Of a stretch of 64,000 nt of DNA, positions 26,400-38,819 are shown piece after piece. The notes under the pieces are model-generated. The model made no database searches and was not told the DNA's origin. It saw only the letters and a program-made list of their open reading frames with translations. Made by a program: the position numbers and the translations under genes. The DNA lies in the NCBI GenBank assembly GCA_030390025.1, contig CM059432.1:30196001-30260000 (forward strand), read 5' to 3'. The stretch is from Squalus acanthias. Its lineage: Eukaryota. Within the stretch, counting starts at the first letter, position 1, and every line of letters begins with the position of its first letter.

Positions 26400-26870
26400 A
26401 TTATGATTTCTGCCCAAGGAGGCATTAACCTGGGTGATCTTGTGTTGATGGTCACTGACTATCACATTAATAGGCAAGAACCCCTTGTGATCCATGGCAT
26501 TGTGTGTAGGGGCTGGATGACCACATGGATGCCATCATTAGCATCCTGGATTCAGAGAAGTGGACATATGAGTAACATGTTTGATGCATCAATGCACTGT
26601 GGATTGTTTTTTGATGCAAATCTTCCCTGTAGTAACTCAAAAGAAATTGGAGGCATAAAGTTCAGTGCTGCAGTGGCTTTCACTGCTACTGTTATTCCAA
26701 GTTGATGTTATCTGCAGCCGTTGGTATTCAGTTACTGCTTCTTTGGTGAACTGGGAGTTTTAACAGGCAACTGTTCTAGGTCATTCCCAGGTAGGTGTAC
26801 CTGGGTCCTTTTACCCAAGTCTGTGAACACAGCCATGTGAGGATACTCTGTTTCTGATGCAAGCAAACTT
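26400..26870 (-). pseudogene. Fossil PIF/Harbinger transposase fragment
   Basis: Minus-strand pieces in the expected order: YTYLGMT*..CLLKL / FTKEAVTE / VAVKATAALNF / QSTVH*CIKHVT / HKGFLPINV / DHQHKITQVNA. Confidence 0.6.
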
Positions 26871-27519
26871 GCCTTACATCCTCTTCATTCTCAAAAAAAC
26901 CCAACCACAGGTAAAGAGCAATTCCCATCTTTTGCATCGGGAGTGTAGCAATCAAAAAATACAGCCCTAGGGACTCACTTCCTGAGAAATCAGAAGGTCA
27001 TGGTCTTCAACGCCCATTTTATATAGGCAGACAGAGGGAAAAGTGCAATCCTAATGAGATCGGGAAATCTGGCAAACACTTATTTCCATTAAATTGTAAT
27101 TTTATTGAAGCACGTATTGTATTTTAGACCAGATGATTCAAGCAGGGATATGTTTAAATGGATCTCCAAGCAACTTCTCGGTTCCTCCACAGCTGGGCTA
27201 CATGGGTGGGGGTGGGAAAATCTCACAGTATGGAAAATTCACTTTTATGTACCTTGATAAGGTTGTATCCCCACATCCTCACCTTTACCTACATTTTAAA
27301 CCACAGAGCCTGAGCATTCTAATTTTTCCCTCATAATTCATTTAGGATCAATTCTTGTTGCTTTTCTGCGCCATTCAATGCTTAGGTATGATTTTTTGGT
27401 ATAGTGACCAGAATTGAACAAAGCACTCCAGTATATTGTGCTGAGCTGCCCCCACCCCACCCAACCCCTCAACTTTCTCAACCCTTGTTAAAACAAGGCC
27501 CTTCTCCTCAAGTATCAAA

Positions 27520-30500
27520 GAATCATACAGCACAGGAGGCCATTTGGCCCATCATGCTTTGAAAGAGCTATCCAATTAGTCCCATTCCCCTGCTCTTTCC
27601 CCATACCCCTGCAATTTTTTTCTTTTCAAGTATATATCCAATTCCCTTTTGAAAGTTATTATTGAATCTGCTTCGACCACCCTTTCAGGCTGTGCATTCT
27701 AGATCATCATAACTCGCTGCAAAAAATAATTTCTCATCATTACCCCTCTGGTTCTTTAAATCTGTGTCCTCTGGTTACCAACCTTTCTGCCAGTGGAAAC
27801 AGTTTCTCCTTATTTACTCTAATCAAAACCCTTCATAATTTTGAACACCTCTAAGCAGTGATTTATAACGATTTAACATACCTTCCTTGCTTTTGTACTC
27901 TATGCCTCTTTATAAAGCCCAGGATTCTGTATGTTTTTATAACGGTACGGTAGCATAGTGGTAATGTTACTGGGCTAGTAATCCAGAGGCCTGGACTTAT
28001 GATTCATAATTAAATGAGTTCAAATCCCAACACAGCAGCTGGGGAATTTAAATTCAGTTAATTAAATAAATCTGGAATAAAAAAACTAGTATCAGTAATG
28101 GTGACCATGAAACTGTCGGATTGTCGTAAAAACCCATCAGGTTCACTAATGTCCTTTAGGGAAGGAAATCGGCCATCCTTACCTGGTCTATATGTGACTC
28201 CAGACCCACGACAATGTGGTTAACTCTTAACTGCACTCTGAAATGGCCTAGCAGGCCACTCAGTTGTAACAAACTGCTACAAGAAACAATAATAATAAGA
28301 AGAATACCTGGCATCGACCTAGGCACCGGCTACGGACATGACAACGGAATACCCAGCACAGTTGACCCTGCAAAGTCCTCCTCACCAACATCTGGGGACT
28401 TGTGCCAAAATTGGGAGAGCTGTCCCACAGACTAGTCAAGCAACAGCCTGACATAGTCATACTCACAGAATCGTATCTTTCAGCCAATGTCCCAAACTCC
28501 TGCATCACCATCCCTAGGTATGTCCTGTCTCACCGGATACAGTCGGGAAGGAGTGGTCCTCAACATGGACTCCGGACCCCATGAAGTCAAGCATGGACAT
28601 GCTTATTACCACCTACCGCCCTCCCTCAGCTGATGAATCAGTACTCCTCCATGTTGAACACCGCTTGGAAGAAGCACTGAGAGTAGTACTCTGGGTGGGG
28701 GGACTTCAATGTCCATCACCAAGAGTGGCTCGGTAGCACCACTACTGACCGAGCTGGCCAAGTTCTGAAGGACATAGCTGCCAGTCTGGGCTTGCGACAG
28801 GTGGGGAGAGAACCAACACGAGGGAAAAACCTACTTGACCTCACCCTCACCAATCTACCTGTCCATGACAGCATACCTGCAGATGCATCTGTCCATGACA
28901 GCATTGGTAGCAGTGACCACCGCACAGTCAATATGGTCACGAAGTCCCGTCTTCACACGGAGGGCACCCTTCCTCGTGTGGTACTACCACCGTGCTAAAT
29001 GGGATAGATTCAAAACAGATCTAGCAGCTTAAAACTGGCCATTCATGAGGCGCTGTGGGCCATCAGCAGCAGAAGAATTGTATTCCACCACAATCTGTAA
29101 CCTCATGGCTTGGCATATCCCTCACTCTACCATTACCATCAAGCCAGGGGACCAACCCTGGTTCAATAAGGAGTGTAGAAGAGCATGCCAGGAGCAGCAC
29201 CAGGCATACCTAAAAATGAGGTGCCAACCTGGGGAAACTGCAACACAGGACTACATGCTAAAAAGCGGAAGCAGCATGCTATGGACAGCGATCCCACAAT
29301 CAATGGATCAGATCAAAGCTCTGCAGTCCTGCCACATCCAGTCGTGAATGGTGGTGGACCATTAAACAACTAAAGGGAGGAAGAGGCTCCATGAATATCC
29401 CCATCCTCAATGATGGTGGAGCCTAGCACGTGAGTGCAAACGACAAGGCTGAAGCGTTTTCAACCATCTTCAGCCAGAAGTGCCAAGTGGATGATCCATA
29501 TCGTCCTCCTCCTGAGGTCCCCACCTTCACAGAAGCCAGTCTCCAGCCAATTCGATTCATTCCATGTATCAAGAAACGGATGAGCGCACTGGATACAGCA
29601 AAGGCTATGGGCCCTGACAACATCCTGGCTGTCGTGCTGAAGACTTGTGCTCCAGAACTTGCTGCGCCTCTAGCCAACTTGTTCCAGTACAGCTACAACA
29701 CTGGCATCGATCCGACAATGTGGAAAACTGCCCAGGTATGTCCTGTCCACAAAAAGCAGGACAAATCCAATGCGGCCAATTTACGCCCCATCAGTCATCA
29801 ATCATCAGCAAAGTGATGGAAGGTGTCATTGACAGTGCAATCAAGCGGCACTTACTCACCAATAAACTGCTCACTGATGCCCAGTTTAGGATCTGCCAAG
29901 ACCACTCGGCTCCAGACCTCATTACAGCCTTGGTCCAAACATGGACAAGAGCTGAATTCCAGAGGTGAAGTGAGAGTGACTGCCCTTGACATCAAGGCAG
30001 CATTTGACAGAGTGTGGCATCAAGGAGCCCTAGTAAAACTGAAGTCAATGAGAATCAGGGGGGGGGAGAAATTCTCCACTGGCTGGAGTCATACCTAGCA
30101 CAAAGGAAGATGGTTGTGGTGGTTGGAGGTCAATCATCACAGCCCCAGAACATCACTGCAGGAGTCTCTCAGGGCAGTGTCCTAGGCCCAACCATCTTCA
30201 GTTGCTTCATCAATGACCTTCCCTCCAACATCAGGTCAGAAATGGGGATGTTCGCTGATGACTGCACAGTGTTCAGTGCCATTCGCAACTCCTCAGATAA
30301 TGAAGCAGTCCATGCCCGCATGCAACAAGACCTGGACGACATTCAGGCTTGGGCGGATAAGTGGTAGGTAACATTCGTGCTACAAAAGTGCCAGGCAATG
30401 ACTATCTCCAACAAGCCAGAGTCTAACCATCGCCCCTTGACATTCAACGGCATTGCCATTGCCGAATCCTGCTCCATCAACATCCTGGAGGTCACCATTG

Positions 30501-32020
30501 ACCAGAAACTTAACTGGACCAGCCACATAAATACTGTGGCAACAAGAGCAGGTCAGAGGCTAGTTATTCTGAAACGAGTATCTCACCTCCAAACTCCCCA
30601 AAGCCTTTCCGCCATCTACAAGGCACAAATAAGGTGTGTGATGGAATACTCTTCACATGCCTGGATGAGTGCAGTTCCAACAACACTCAAGAAGCTCGAC
30701 ACCATCCAGGACAATGCAGCCCGCTTGATTGGCACCCCATCCACCACCTTAAACATTCACTCCCATCACCACCGGCGTACTGTGGCTGCAGTGTGTACCA
30801 TCTACAAGATGCACTGCAGCAACTCGCCAAGGCTTCTTCGGCAGCACCTCCCAAACCCGCAACCTCTACCACCTAGAAGGACAAGGGCAGCAGGCTCATG
30901 GGAACACCACCACCTCCAAGTTCCCCTCCAAGTCACACACCATCCTGACTTGGAAGTATATCGCCGTTCCTTCATCGTCGCTGGGTCAAAATCCTGGAAC
31001 TCCTTCCTTAAAAGCACTGTGGGAGTACCTTCACCACATGGACTGCAGCGGTTCAAGGCGGCGGCTCACCACCGCCTTCTCAAGGGCAATTAGGGATGGG
31101 CAATAAATGCTGGCCATGCCAGCGACACCCACATCCCATAAACGAATTAAAAAAACTTGTCCTGCCACCTTCAAAGATCTGTGTACGTGGACCTCCAGGT
31201 CTCTCTGTTCCTGCTCCCCCGCCACCCCCCCGCTTTAAAATTGTTCCATTTAGTTTCTCTTGCCTCTCCTCATTCTTCCTTCCAAGATGCATCACTTCAC
31301 ACATCTCTGCATTAAATTTCACCACTCTGTATATGTCCTCCTGAAGTCTGCGACTATCCTCCTCACTGTTTACGATATTTACGAGTTTTGTACCATCTGC
31401 AAACTATGAAATGATGCCCTTTATATCCAAGTCCAGGTCATTAATATATATCAAAAAGAGCAGTGGTCCCAAAACTGACTTTTCCCTCCAGTGTGAAAAA
31501 CAACCGTTCACCACTACTCTCTGCTTTCTGTCTCTTAGCCAATTTCATATCTACGCTGCTACTGCCCCTTTAATCCCATGGGCTTCAGTTTTGCTAACAG
31601 GTTTATTATGTTGCACTTTATGAAACACCATTAGAAAGTCCATTTACACAACATCAACCACACTACCTTAATCAACCCTCTTCGTTACTTCATCAAAGAT
31701 CTCAATCAAGTTTGTCAGGCATGATTTGCCTTTAACAAATCTGCACTGACTTTCATTTATTGACCCATGTTTTTCCAATTAATTTTGTCCCGGATTATGG
31801 GGTCTAAAATTTTCCCCACCACCAACTACACTGGCCTGTAGTTACCGAATTTATCCCGCTCCCCTTTTTTGAACAGGAGTGCAACATTTGCAACCCTCCA
31901 GTCCTCTGACACCAATCCCATATGAAAGTTTGTGGCCAGAGCCTACGCTATTTCCACACTTACTTCCCTTAGCAACCTAGGATGTATCCCATCTGGACCG
32001 GGTGACTTTTCTACCTGTGC
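27520..32020 (-). mobile_element. CR1 fragment (27520-27943 + 31156-32020) interrupted by a tRNA-headed LINE
   Basis: CR1 3' UTR at 27520; RT motifs continue after 31156. Confidence 0.8.
27944..31155 (+). mobile_element. 3.2-kb single-ORF LINE (APE + RT) with tRNA-like 5' head and poly(A) tail, frameshifted
   Basis: A box TAGCATAGTGG (27951-27961), B box GAGTTCAAATCC (28016-28027); PDIVILTESYL, GDFN, SDH, LDIKAAFDRVWH, GVSQGSVLGP, MFADD; stop at 31093; A tail. Confidence 0.88.
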
Positions 32021-32332
32021 TACAAACAATAATCTTGATTATCCACATCGCTTTTTCTTTAACTTCATTTTCGAAAAGAAGAACTCTGCCCATTTTGAAC
32101 AGCTTGCTTCCAGTGTGGCTGTTGCTATTTAAAGGTTTAACAACTCCACTAAATGCTATGCTATCCTTTTCAACACATGAATCTGCAGCAGCCCAGTGTG
32201 AAGTTCAGCCACAGTGACACCCAGTTTTATTGATTGTAGTCCAGATTTGTAGAAAGGACAGGTTGATGTTTCAGGATTCTGATGAAAGGTACACACCCAA
32301 AACTATACATGTCCTTTATCTTTATAGATGTT

Positions 32333-32522
32333 AATGAGAAGTCGCACAACACCAGGTTATAGTCCAACAGTTTTATTTGAAATTACGAGCTTTCGGAGCG
32401 CTGCTCCTTCGTCAGGTAAAGCACTCCGAAAGCTCGTAATTTCAAATAAAACTGTTGGACTATAACCTGGTGTTGTGCGACTTCTCATTTTTGTCCACCC
32501 CAGTCCAACACCGGCATCTCCG
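32333..32522. mobile_element. Fold-back Penelope pLTR element, family B, with hammerhead motif on the minus strand
   Basis: Minus strand CTGACGA-A-GGAGC-AGC-GCTCC-GAAAGC; ~65-bp near-perfect inverted arms; 13-bp TSD CTTTATAGATGTT (32320-32332 / 32523-32535). Confidence 0.85.
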
Positions 32523-32888
32523 CTTTATAGATGTTGACTGACATGCTACATTTCCAACCGTTTCAGTTTTTATTTTAGATTCATAGCATTGGTAGTTTTT
32601 CCTTTTTATTTTTATTTTTGTAGAATTTCAGTTTCATTGATTTTTTTTCTGAAAGCAAATGTTATTTGAATAGCCAGGTATGCAACTGCATTGTTCTACT
32701 TTTTTCTGCTGTATTTTCTCCCCCTACTTTTATAGATTCCCTATTACCATCATAAACCATGCACCTACTTCAAAGACTCCATCATTGCCAATCCACAGCC
32801 ATAAAGAAATGTCAACCACACCTCTCTTTCCTTGCTGCCCTTATAAATTTTTCCTCAACTTGTCACTTCCCTCAAGAGCCTACACCGA

Positions 32889-33215
32889 GGGCTGGATTTC
32901 CCCTGCGGAGGCGGGATGGCGGCGGGAGAGCTGGTTGGCGGGTTCCGGTCCCGCTCCCGTCTGCAGCTGCTCTTAAAAATATTTTCCGTAGAGATTGGCC
33001 TCGTTAAGACTGCCCTGCAGGGTTCCTGGCCAATTAACAGGAAGCGGGTCTGATGATGTCATCAGCTGGTTTCCTTAAAAGGGACCACGGCCACAATGAG
33101 TTTGACAGTTGTGCTATCAGTGTTATGCAGCATTGAGGTGCTGCAAACACTGACAAGAACTGCACAAAGGTGCACGTCTGCACCCAGGCTCACGCATGAC
33201 TCCCTCCATATGCTT
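32889..33215 (+). mobile_element. Truncated Harbinger-type element (family of 59662-61257)
   Basis: Near-identical first ~60 nt; ends in an APRLTHDSLHML remnant resembling the Myb/SANT-like second ORF of Harbingers. Confidence 0.7.
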
Positions 33216-34487
33216 TTAAAACAATTTTATATAAAAACCTCAGTTGCAATCTGCCCTAACTCAAGAGTTTAAGGCTATTTCTACCAGTTCAATTTTTGCC
33301 TCAGCTGAGATCAGCACATTCTGGTCAACATGGCTTAGTGCTGCTACATGCGGAGGAAAATAGTGACGGTCACCATCAAGGTTGAAAAGAATAGGAGAGA
33401 AGACAAGACAGGTTAAGTAGTAGTGGCTAGGGACTAGTCACTAGTAGTAGTGACTAAGACAAAAACTTGGATTTTAAAAGCCTCAAGATTACTGAAGGAA
33501 AGGAAGATAAATGGAGGTAAAGAGTTCTAACCAGCAATTCCACTCCCAGTGAGGAGTGGTTGATGACAGGGAGTGCATCTCAGGAAATTGCAGGCGTACA
33601 GCCAGTTATTTTCTGTCCATTGTTGAATGCTGCTCCTCATTGGAAGCACAGGATCACAAACTTACTCTTTTGAGTTAGAGTAGGAATCGGTTTTGACTTT
33701 ACATTAGAAATAACATGGAGGTTAGTAATTAAAAAACATGCCAATGTGGTGCATTGAAGTGCTAGCTGGTGCATCACAGAATGGCAAGACACAAGTTTGC
33801 ACCCACAATCCTCCATACAGTGAGATATTAATTTCACCCTTGCTGTAACAGTGTCGAAGTCAAGTTGTTTCTTTACAGGAAGAGAAAAGAGATCTGAGGA
33901 GCTCAGGTATGTCACCTGTTGTCCTTCTAAGCGAGCGACAGTATGCACCACATGGCGAACGAACAAAAGTTAAGAGAAGAGCTTATTGAAAGACAGTCCC
34001 AGCCACCTAGAAGATGATGAAACTCACCCTCAAAAATGTTATTAAGATTAGAGACGCAGCACAACTTGCTGCTTATTATGGGATGTGCCATAAATCAGGT
34101 ATCTGCACATCTTTGGCAAAGACAGGCTATATGACAACGCCCTATTATCTAAACCTTAACAATTACTCTCACAATTTCTCACACTACCAGCTATGCTCAA
34201 TTACAAAAGAAGCTATAAATCAAAGTGCTAAACGAATTTAAAATGATAAAGTTGGGTGGAGTTGCTCTTTAATGTTTATCCGAATTATAATTTTCTCATT
34301 GGCCAAAATTAATTCAAGGCACTTGCTTTATACTTCTGTGTATGGTACACACGGTGCAGAAGAACACGTGATTAACACTGTAAATTTACAGAAAATAGGA
34401 AAGTCTTCAGTAATCAGGATTATTAGATGAATTTAGAGAACCATAATTTATATCATTATCAGGTCTACGCCTGTGATTTTGTCCCCT

Positions 34488-35828
34488 TGCTAGAGTCCAT
34501 TATAAAAGATGTAATAGCAGAGCACTTGGAAAACAGTGACAGGATCTGACAAAGTCAACATGGATTTACAAAAGGTAAATCATGCTTGACTAATCTACTG
34601 GAATTTTTTGAGGATGTAACTGGTAGAATAGATAAGGGAGAACCAGTGGATGTGGTGTATTTGGACTTTCAGAAGGCTTTCGATAAGGTCCCGCATAAGA
34701 GATTAGCGTGCAAAGTTAAAGCACACGGGATTGGGGGTAAGGTACTGTCTTGGATAGAAAACTGGTTGGCAGACAGGAAGCAAAGAGTTGGAATAAACGG
34801 GTCTTTTTCCGAGTGGCAGGCAGTGACTAGTGGGGTACCGCAGGGATCGGTGCTAGGACCCCAGTTATTCACAATATATATTAATGATCTAGATGAGGGA
34901 ACCAGATGGAATATCTCAAAGTTTGCAGATGACACAAAGCTGGGTGGGCGTGTGTGCTGTGAGGAGGATGCAGAGAAACTCCAGTATGATTTGGACAGGT
35001 TGGGTGATTGGGCAGATGCATGGCAGATGCAGTATAATGTGGTGGCAAAAACAGGAAGGCAGATTATTATCTGAACGGCAATAGATTGGGAAAAGGGGAA
35101 GAGCAACGAGACCTGGGTGTCCTTGTGCACCAGTCGCTGAAGGTAAGCATGCAGGTGCAGCAGGCGGTTAAGGCGGCAAATGGTATGTTGGCCTTCATAG
35201 CGAGAGGATTCGAGTACAGGAGCAAGGATGTCTTGCTGCAGTTGTACAGGGCCTTGGTGAGACCACACCTTGAGTATTGTGTGCAGTTTTGGCCGCCTTA
35301 TCTGAGGAAGGATGTTCTTGCCATGGAGGGAGTGCAGCGAAGATTCACCAGACTGATACCTGGGATGGCAGGAATGACGTATGAAGAGAGATTGGGTTGA
35401 TTGGGCTTGTATTCGTTAGAGTTTAAAAGAATGAGAGGGGATGTCATTGAAACTTATAAAATTCTAACAGGACTAGACAGACTAGATGCAGGAAGGATGT
35501 TCCCGATGGTGCGGGAGTCCAGAACCAGGGGTCACAGTCTAAGGATAAGGGGTAAGCCATTTAGGACTGAGATGAGGAGGAATTTCTTCACCCAGAGAGT
35601 GGTGAACCTGTGGAATTCTCTACCACAGAAGACAGTGGAGTCCAATTCTTTAAATATATTCAAGAAGGAGTTAGATATATTTCTTAAGGCTAAGGGGATC
35701 AAGGGATATGGGGAGAAAGCAGGGGCAGGGTACTGAATTTGGATGATCAGCCATGATCGCATTGTATGGCGGAGCAGGCTCAAGGGGCCGAATGGCCTAC
35801 TCCTGCTCCTATCTTCTATGTTTCTATG
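34488..35828 (+). mobile_element. 5'-truncated CR1, same subfamily as 5164-8628
   Basis: RT peptide nearly identical to that of the 5.2-6.5 kb copy; tail TTCTATGTTTCTATG. Confidence 0.95.
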
Positions 35829-36743
35829 AAGCATCTTGTCTCTATTCAGCATTTTTCTTCTCTCCAATACTGCAATGGTGCAACAAAAGACCACAGCAGC
35901 TTTTAAAAAGGACTGAATGAATTCCCATTAGTAAACCGGATACAGGGTAGGCTAAATAGACCAATGGTTGTCTCCTACCCAAACATTACTATGTTATATA
36001 ACCTTGTTGAGATTAAGAACTTGAGTGGAGGCAGCCACAAATTTATGACTATATCATAGTCCCAATGGCATACCGACTCAAAACTCTTCAAGGAAATAGC
36101 CTTCATTTAATTCCAATGATTGCTCACAATACAACTGCCTAGGGGACTCCTATAACTGCCACAATAGGATCCCCCAGGCTAGCACTGTATGGTGTAGTAG
36201 AGGCATTATATAAAGCTGTTTTATATTATTCTTGTGTCACAGACTTCCAACATGTAGGTCTCACACAGCTAGCAGCAACCACAAGCTAGACTCTCCAGTT
36301 TTTTTTTAAGGTTAGTCAAGGTGAAAGGAAGAAATAGGGGAAAAGAATGGGCCCAACCCATTCTACTCTTTCTCCAACAGCCATCACAAGTTATAATTTT
36401 ACTGCCTCATTAGTTTTGGTGCTACCCTAATAACTTAATGTAAAAAAAAATATAGAATCCCTAAATTACATCTGTTTTAAAGTGCAATTGTGTTTTAACA
36501 GTATAGTTAAATGTAGATATTAAAAAACAAAATCATAATTTAAAATAAAAACAGAAGTGCTCGAACCATATTGCAGGACGGTCAGCAGCTAAAATGCTGA
36601 GTGCTTCCTGCATTTTCTGTTTTTATAACAATTTAACATAGGCTTGGTAAAGTGAGTGTCACCACTGTAAAATATTTCCTGGGATTAAATTTAAATTGTG
36701 AAATACAGTAATGGTATAAAGCATAAGCATGGAAAATACTTAC

Positions 36744-36872
36744 TTCTCATTCTGATAAACTTCTACTGAGCTGTTCAGTTCCTCTAGTTCTTCCTTCAGG
36801 AGCTGCAAGTTAGAGTTCACAAAACTCAGTTCCAGAGCCACGGTTTCCTTCACCTTGTTGTTAGTTGTAGCT
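36744..36872 (-). CDS. RHPN1: Rhophilin-1 coding exon 3 ([42 protein letters not shown])
   Basis: ttgcag| acceptor, |GTAAGT donor, 129 nt, phase 2-2; '[23 protein letters not shown]' is RHPN1-type (RHPN2 has [17 protein letters not shown]). Confidence 0.96.
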
Positions 36873-37024
36873 CTGCAATATCATCAAAGATTTAAAATGA
36901 ATAAAAATTGAGCACTATGTTACATTGTGGTCATTTTACAAATATTCCTCATTGGTAAACTGTAAAAAAAAAAAATCACACAGGAAACTAAGACAGAACT
37001 GAAGCTTCAATGCACCAAAACTTG

Positions 37025-37250
37025 AAGTTGGTAATATTCTTGCCTCCAAGTCAGAAGGTTGTGGGTCGAAGTCCCACTACAGACTTGAGGATGCAATCTA
37101 GGCTGAAATTCACTATAGTACTGAGGCAGTGTTGAGTTGTCAGGGGTGACCTCTTTTGGGTGACATGTTAAAATGTACGGTCTGCCAGCTGAGGTAGATG
37201 TAAAAGATTATGCGATAAGGAACTAAATAAATGCAAGTTCTTTCTTTCTT
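37025..37250 (+). mobile_element. Degraded Deu-domain SINE (SacSINE1/AmnSINE1-like)
   Basis: tRNA-like head AGTCAGAAGGTTGTGGGT.. followed by decayed Deu domain and ATAAATGCAAGTTC tail. Confidence 0.6.
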
Positions 37251-38819
37251 ATGCCCCAAATCACAAGTTCACAATCTCATCCATGCTGGTAAATAGACAC
37301 AGAGTGGCAGGGATCCTAGAATGTTCTTGTGCATCTATAAGTGATCAGTTACAGAGTAACATTAACAAAGTCATGGGAGTAGGTAATCTGCTTACCCCAT
37401 TGACATGGTTTGATGCCTTGGGACATTTTTCTACATTAAAGGTGCTATATAAAATGTAAGTTGTTGTAGTATTAGAAGTTTGAGAGAAGTGGAAAGAACA
37501 GGAGGGGTGGGGGGAGGGGGTAAACCCTACCGTTTCTAGTTTCTTGAGCCCTGTACCAAATACTGACAAGAGGGTTAACCTGCTCCTTTGCCATTATCAC
37601 TTTTCTGTTGACTGTTAGAAAATGCATGGGAGCAACCAAATGATGAATGTCCCACCGACTGCCCCTCCTTACCACCTGCAACCCCATGGGAAAGCTCTGG
37701 GCCTCTACCCAGCACCTACCTACAAACAGTACAGCTTAGATTGGCAAACCAGCAGTGTGAGGGATTCATGGACATGAATCCATGTAGCACCACCCACTGC
37801 AGCACAATGACGAGAGTTTTAGGTTTCGTCTTTTGCACAGTTTGATTCCACATTTTTCTCTTTTAACTTCATCAGGGACACTCTGTATATGGCTACTCAT
37901 AAAAGTGTTTGTATTGCCCCAAGCAATGTACTATTGTTTCCTGCATCTTGTATCAAAAAACACACTCCCTCTCCACATATGCATTACACCACAGAAGAGA
38001 AATAAATATGCACTTTAATTATGTGAGGATGATGCAGAGTTGGCAACTTCAGTCTGCTTTAATTGAAAATTGAGCCAGCTGACGCAAATTCATTTCTGGA
38101 AGGAGTATTTACAGATAAAACATACACGGAGTAGCGAGTGGGATGAATTTGAAAAACAACACTCAAAGGCACCATACTGCTCCAAACATCAACAGACAGA
38201 AATAGACCGTGCCATGTTTATTGACTCTTCCACTTGATCAGTCAGGCTTTCCGCAGTGACATGGAACATCTGGGTACAATGTACAGCTGCCTTTCTCCTC
38301 CTTACGGAGAACCAAGCCTAACTATCAGGCATGTTTTATTTACTCAAAGATTTTTGTGGGGCCCACTGAACTTGGTAAAAATCTAAGGGAATCAGCAACA
38401 ACAAGACCTTGCATTTATATAGCGACTTTAATGTACTGGCCATTCTTCATGTTCAAGACTGGGAAGTGAATGTAATAGGTTATATAACTGTGGGGGTGAG
38501 AAGCAACACAGTCAAGCCTAATTCTGTTGACACCCGACTTCCACAAACACAAATGTTGCAGCATTGGTCACTGGATTGCAATTAGCAGTGGGACCATGAC
38601 TAATTTTTTGCCTTCTTTAGCCAAGGAGAACAGTAACCAAATGCAGTGTTCCCACTGCTACCCTGGCTGACAACAGCTAACTTAGCACAGATGAGGGATT
38701 TAACCTCAGCCATCCCTGGTTTGCATAGTTTAGTAGCACACTGAGTGGTGCATTTTATCCACTGAACTTTCCAGAGAATTTTAAAAGGAAAAGGAAATCA
38801 AACACACACAACAGTCACA

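Noticed and set aside
27944..28030. tRNA gene (also 63066-63121 and ~37030)
   Set aside because: A/B boxes are present but no full cloverleaf, and each runs into retroposon body sequence.
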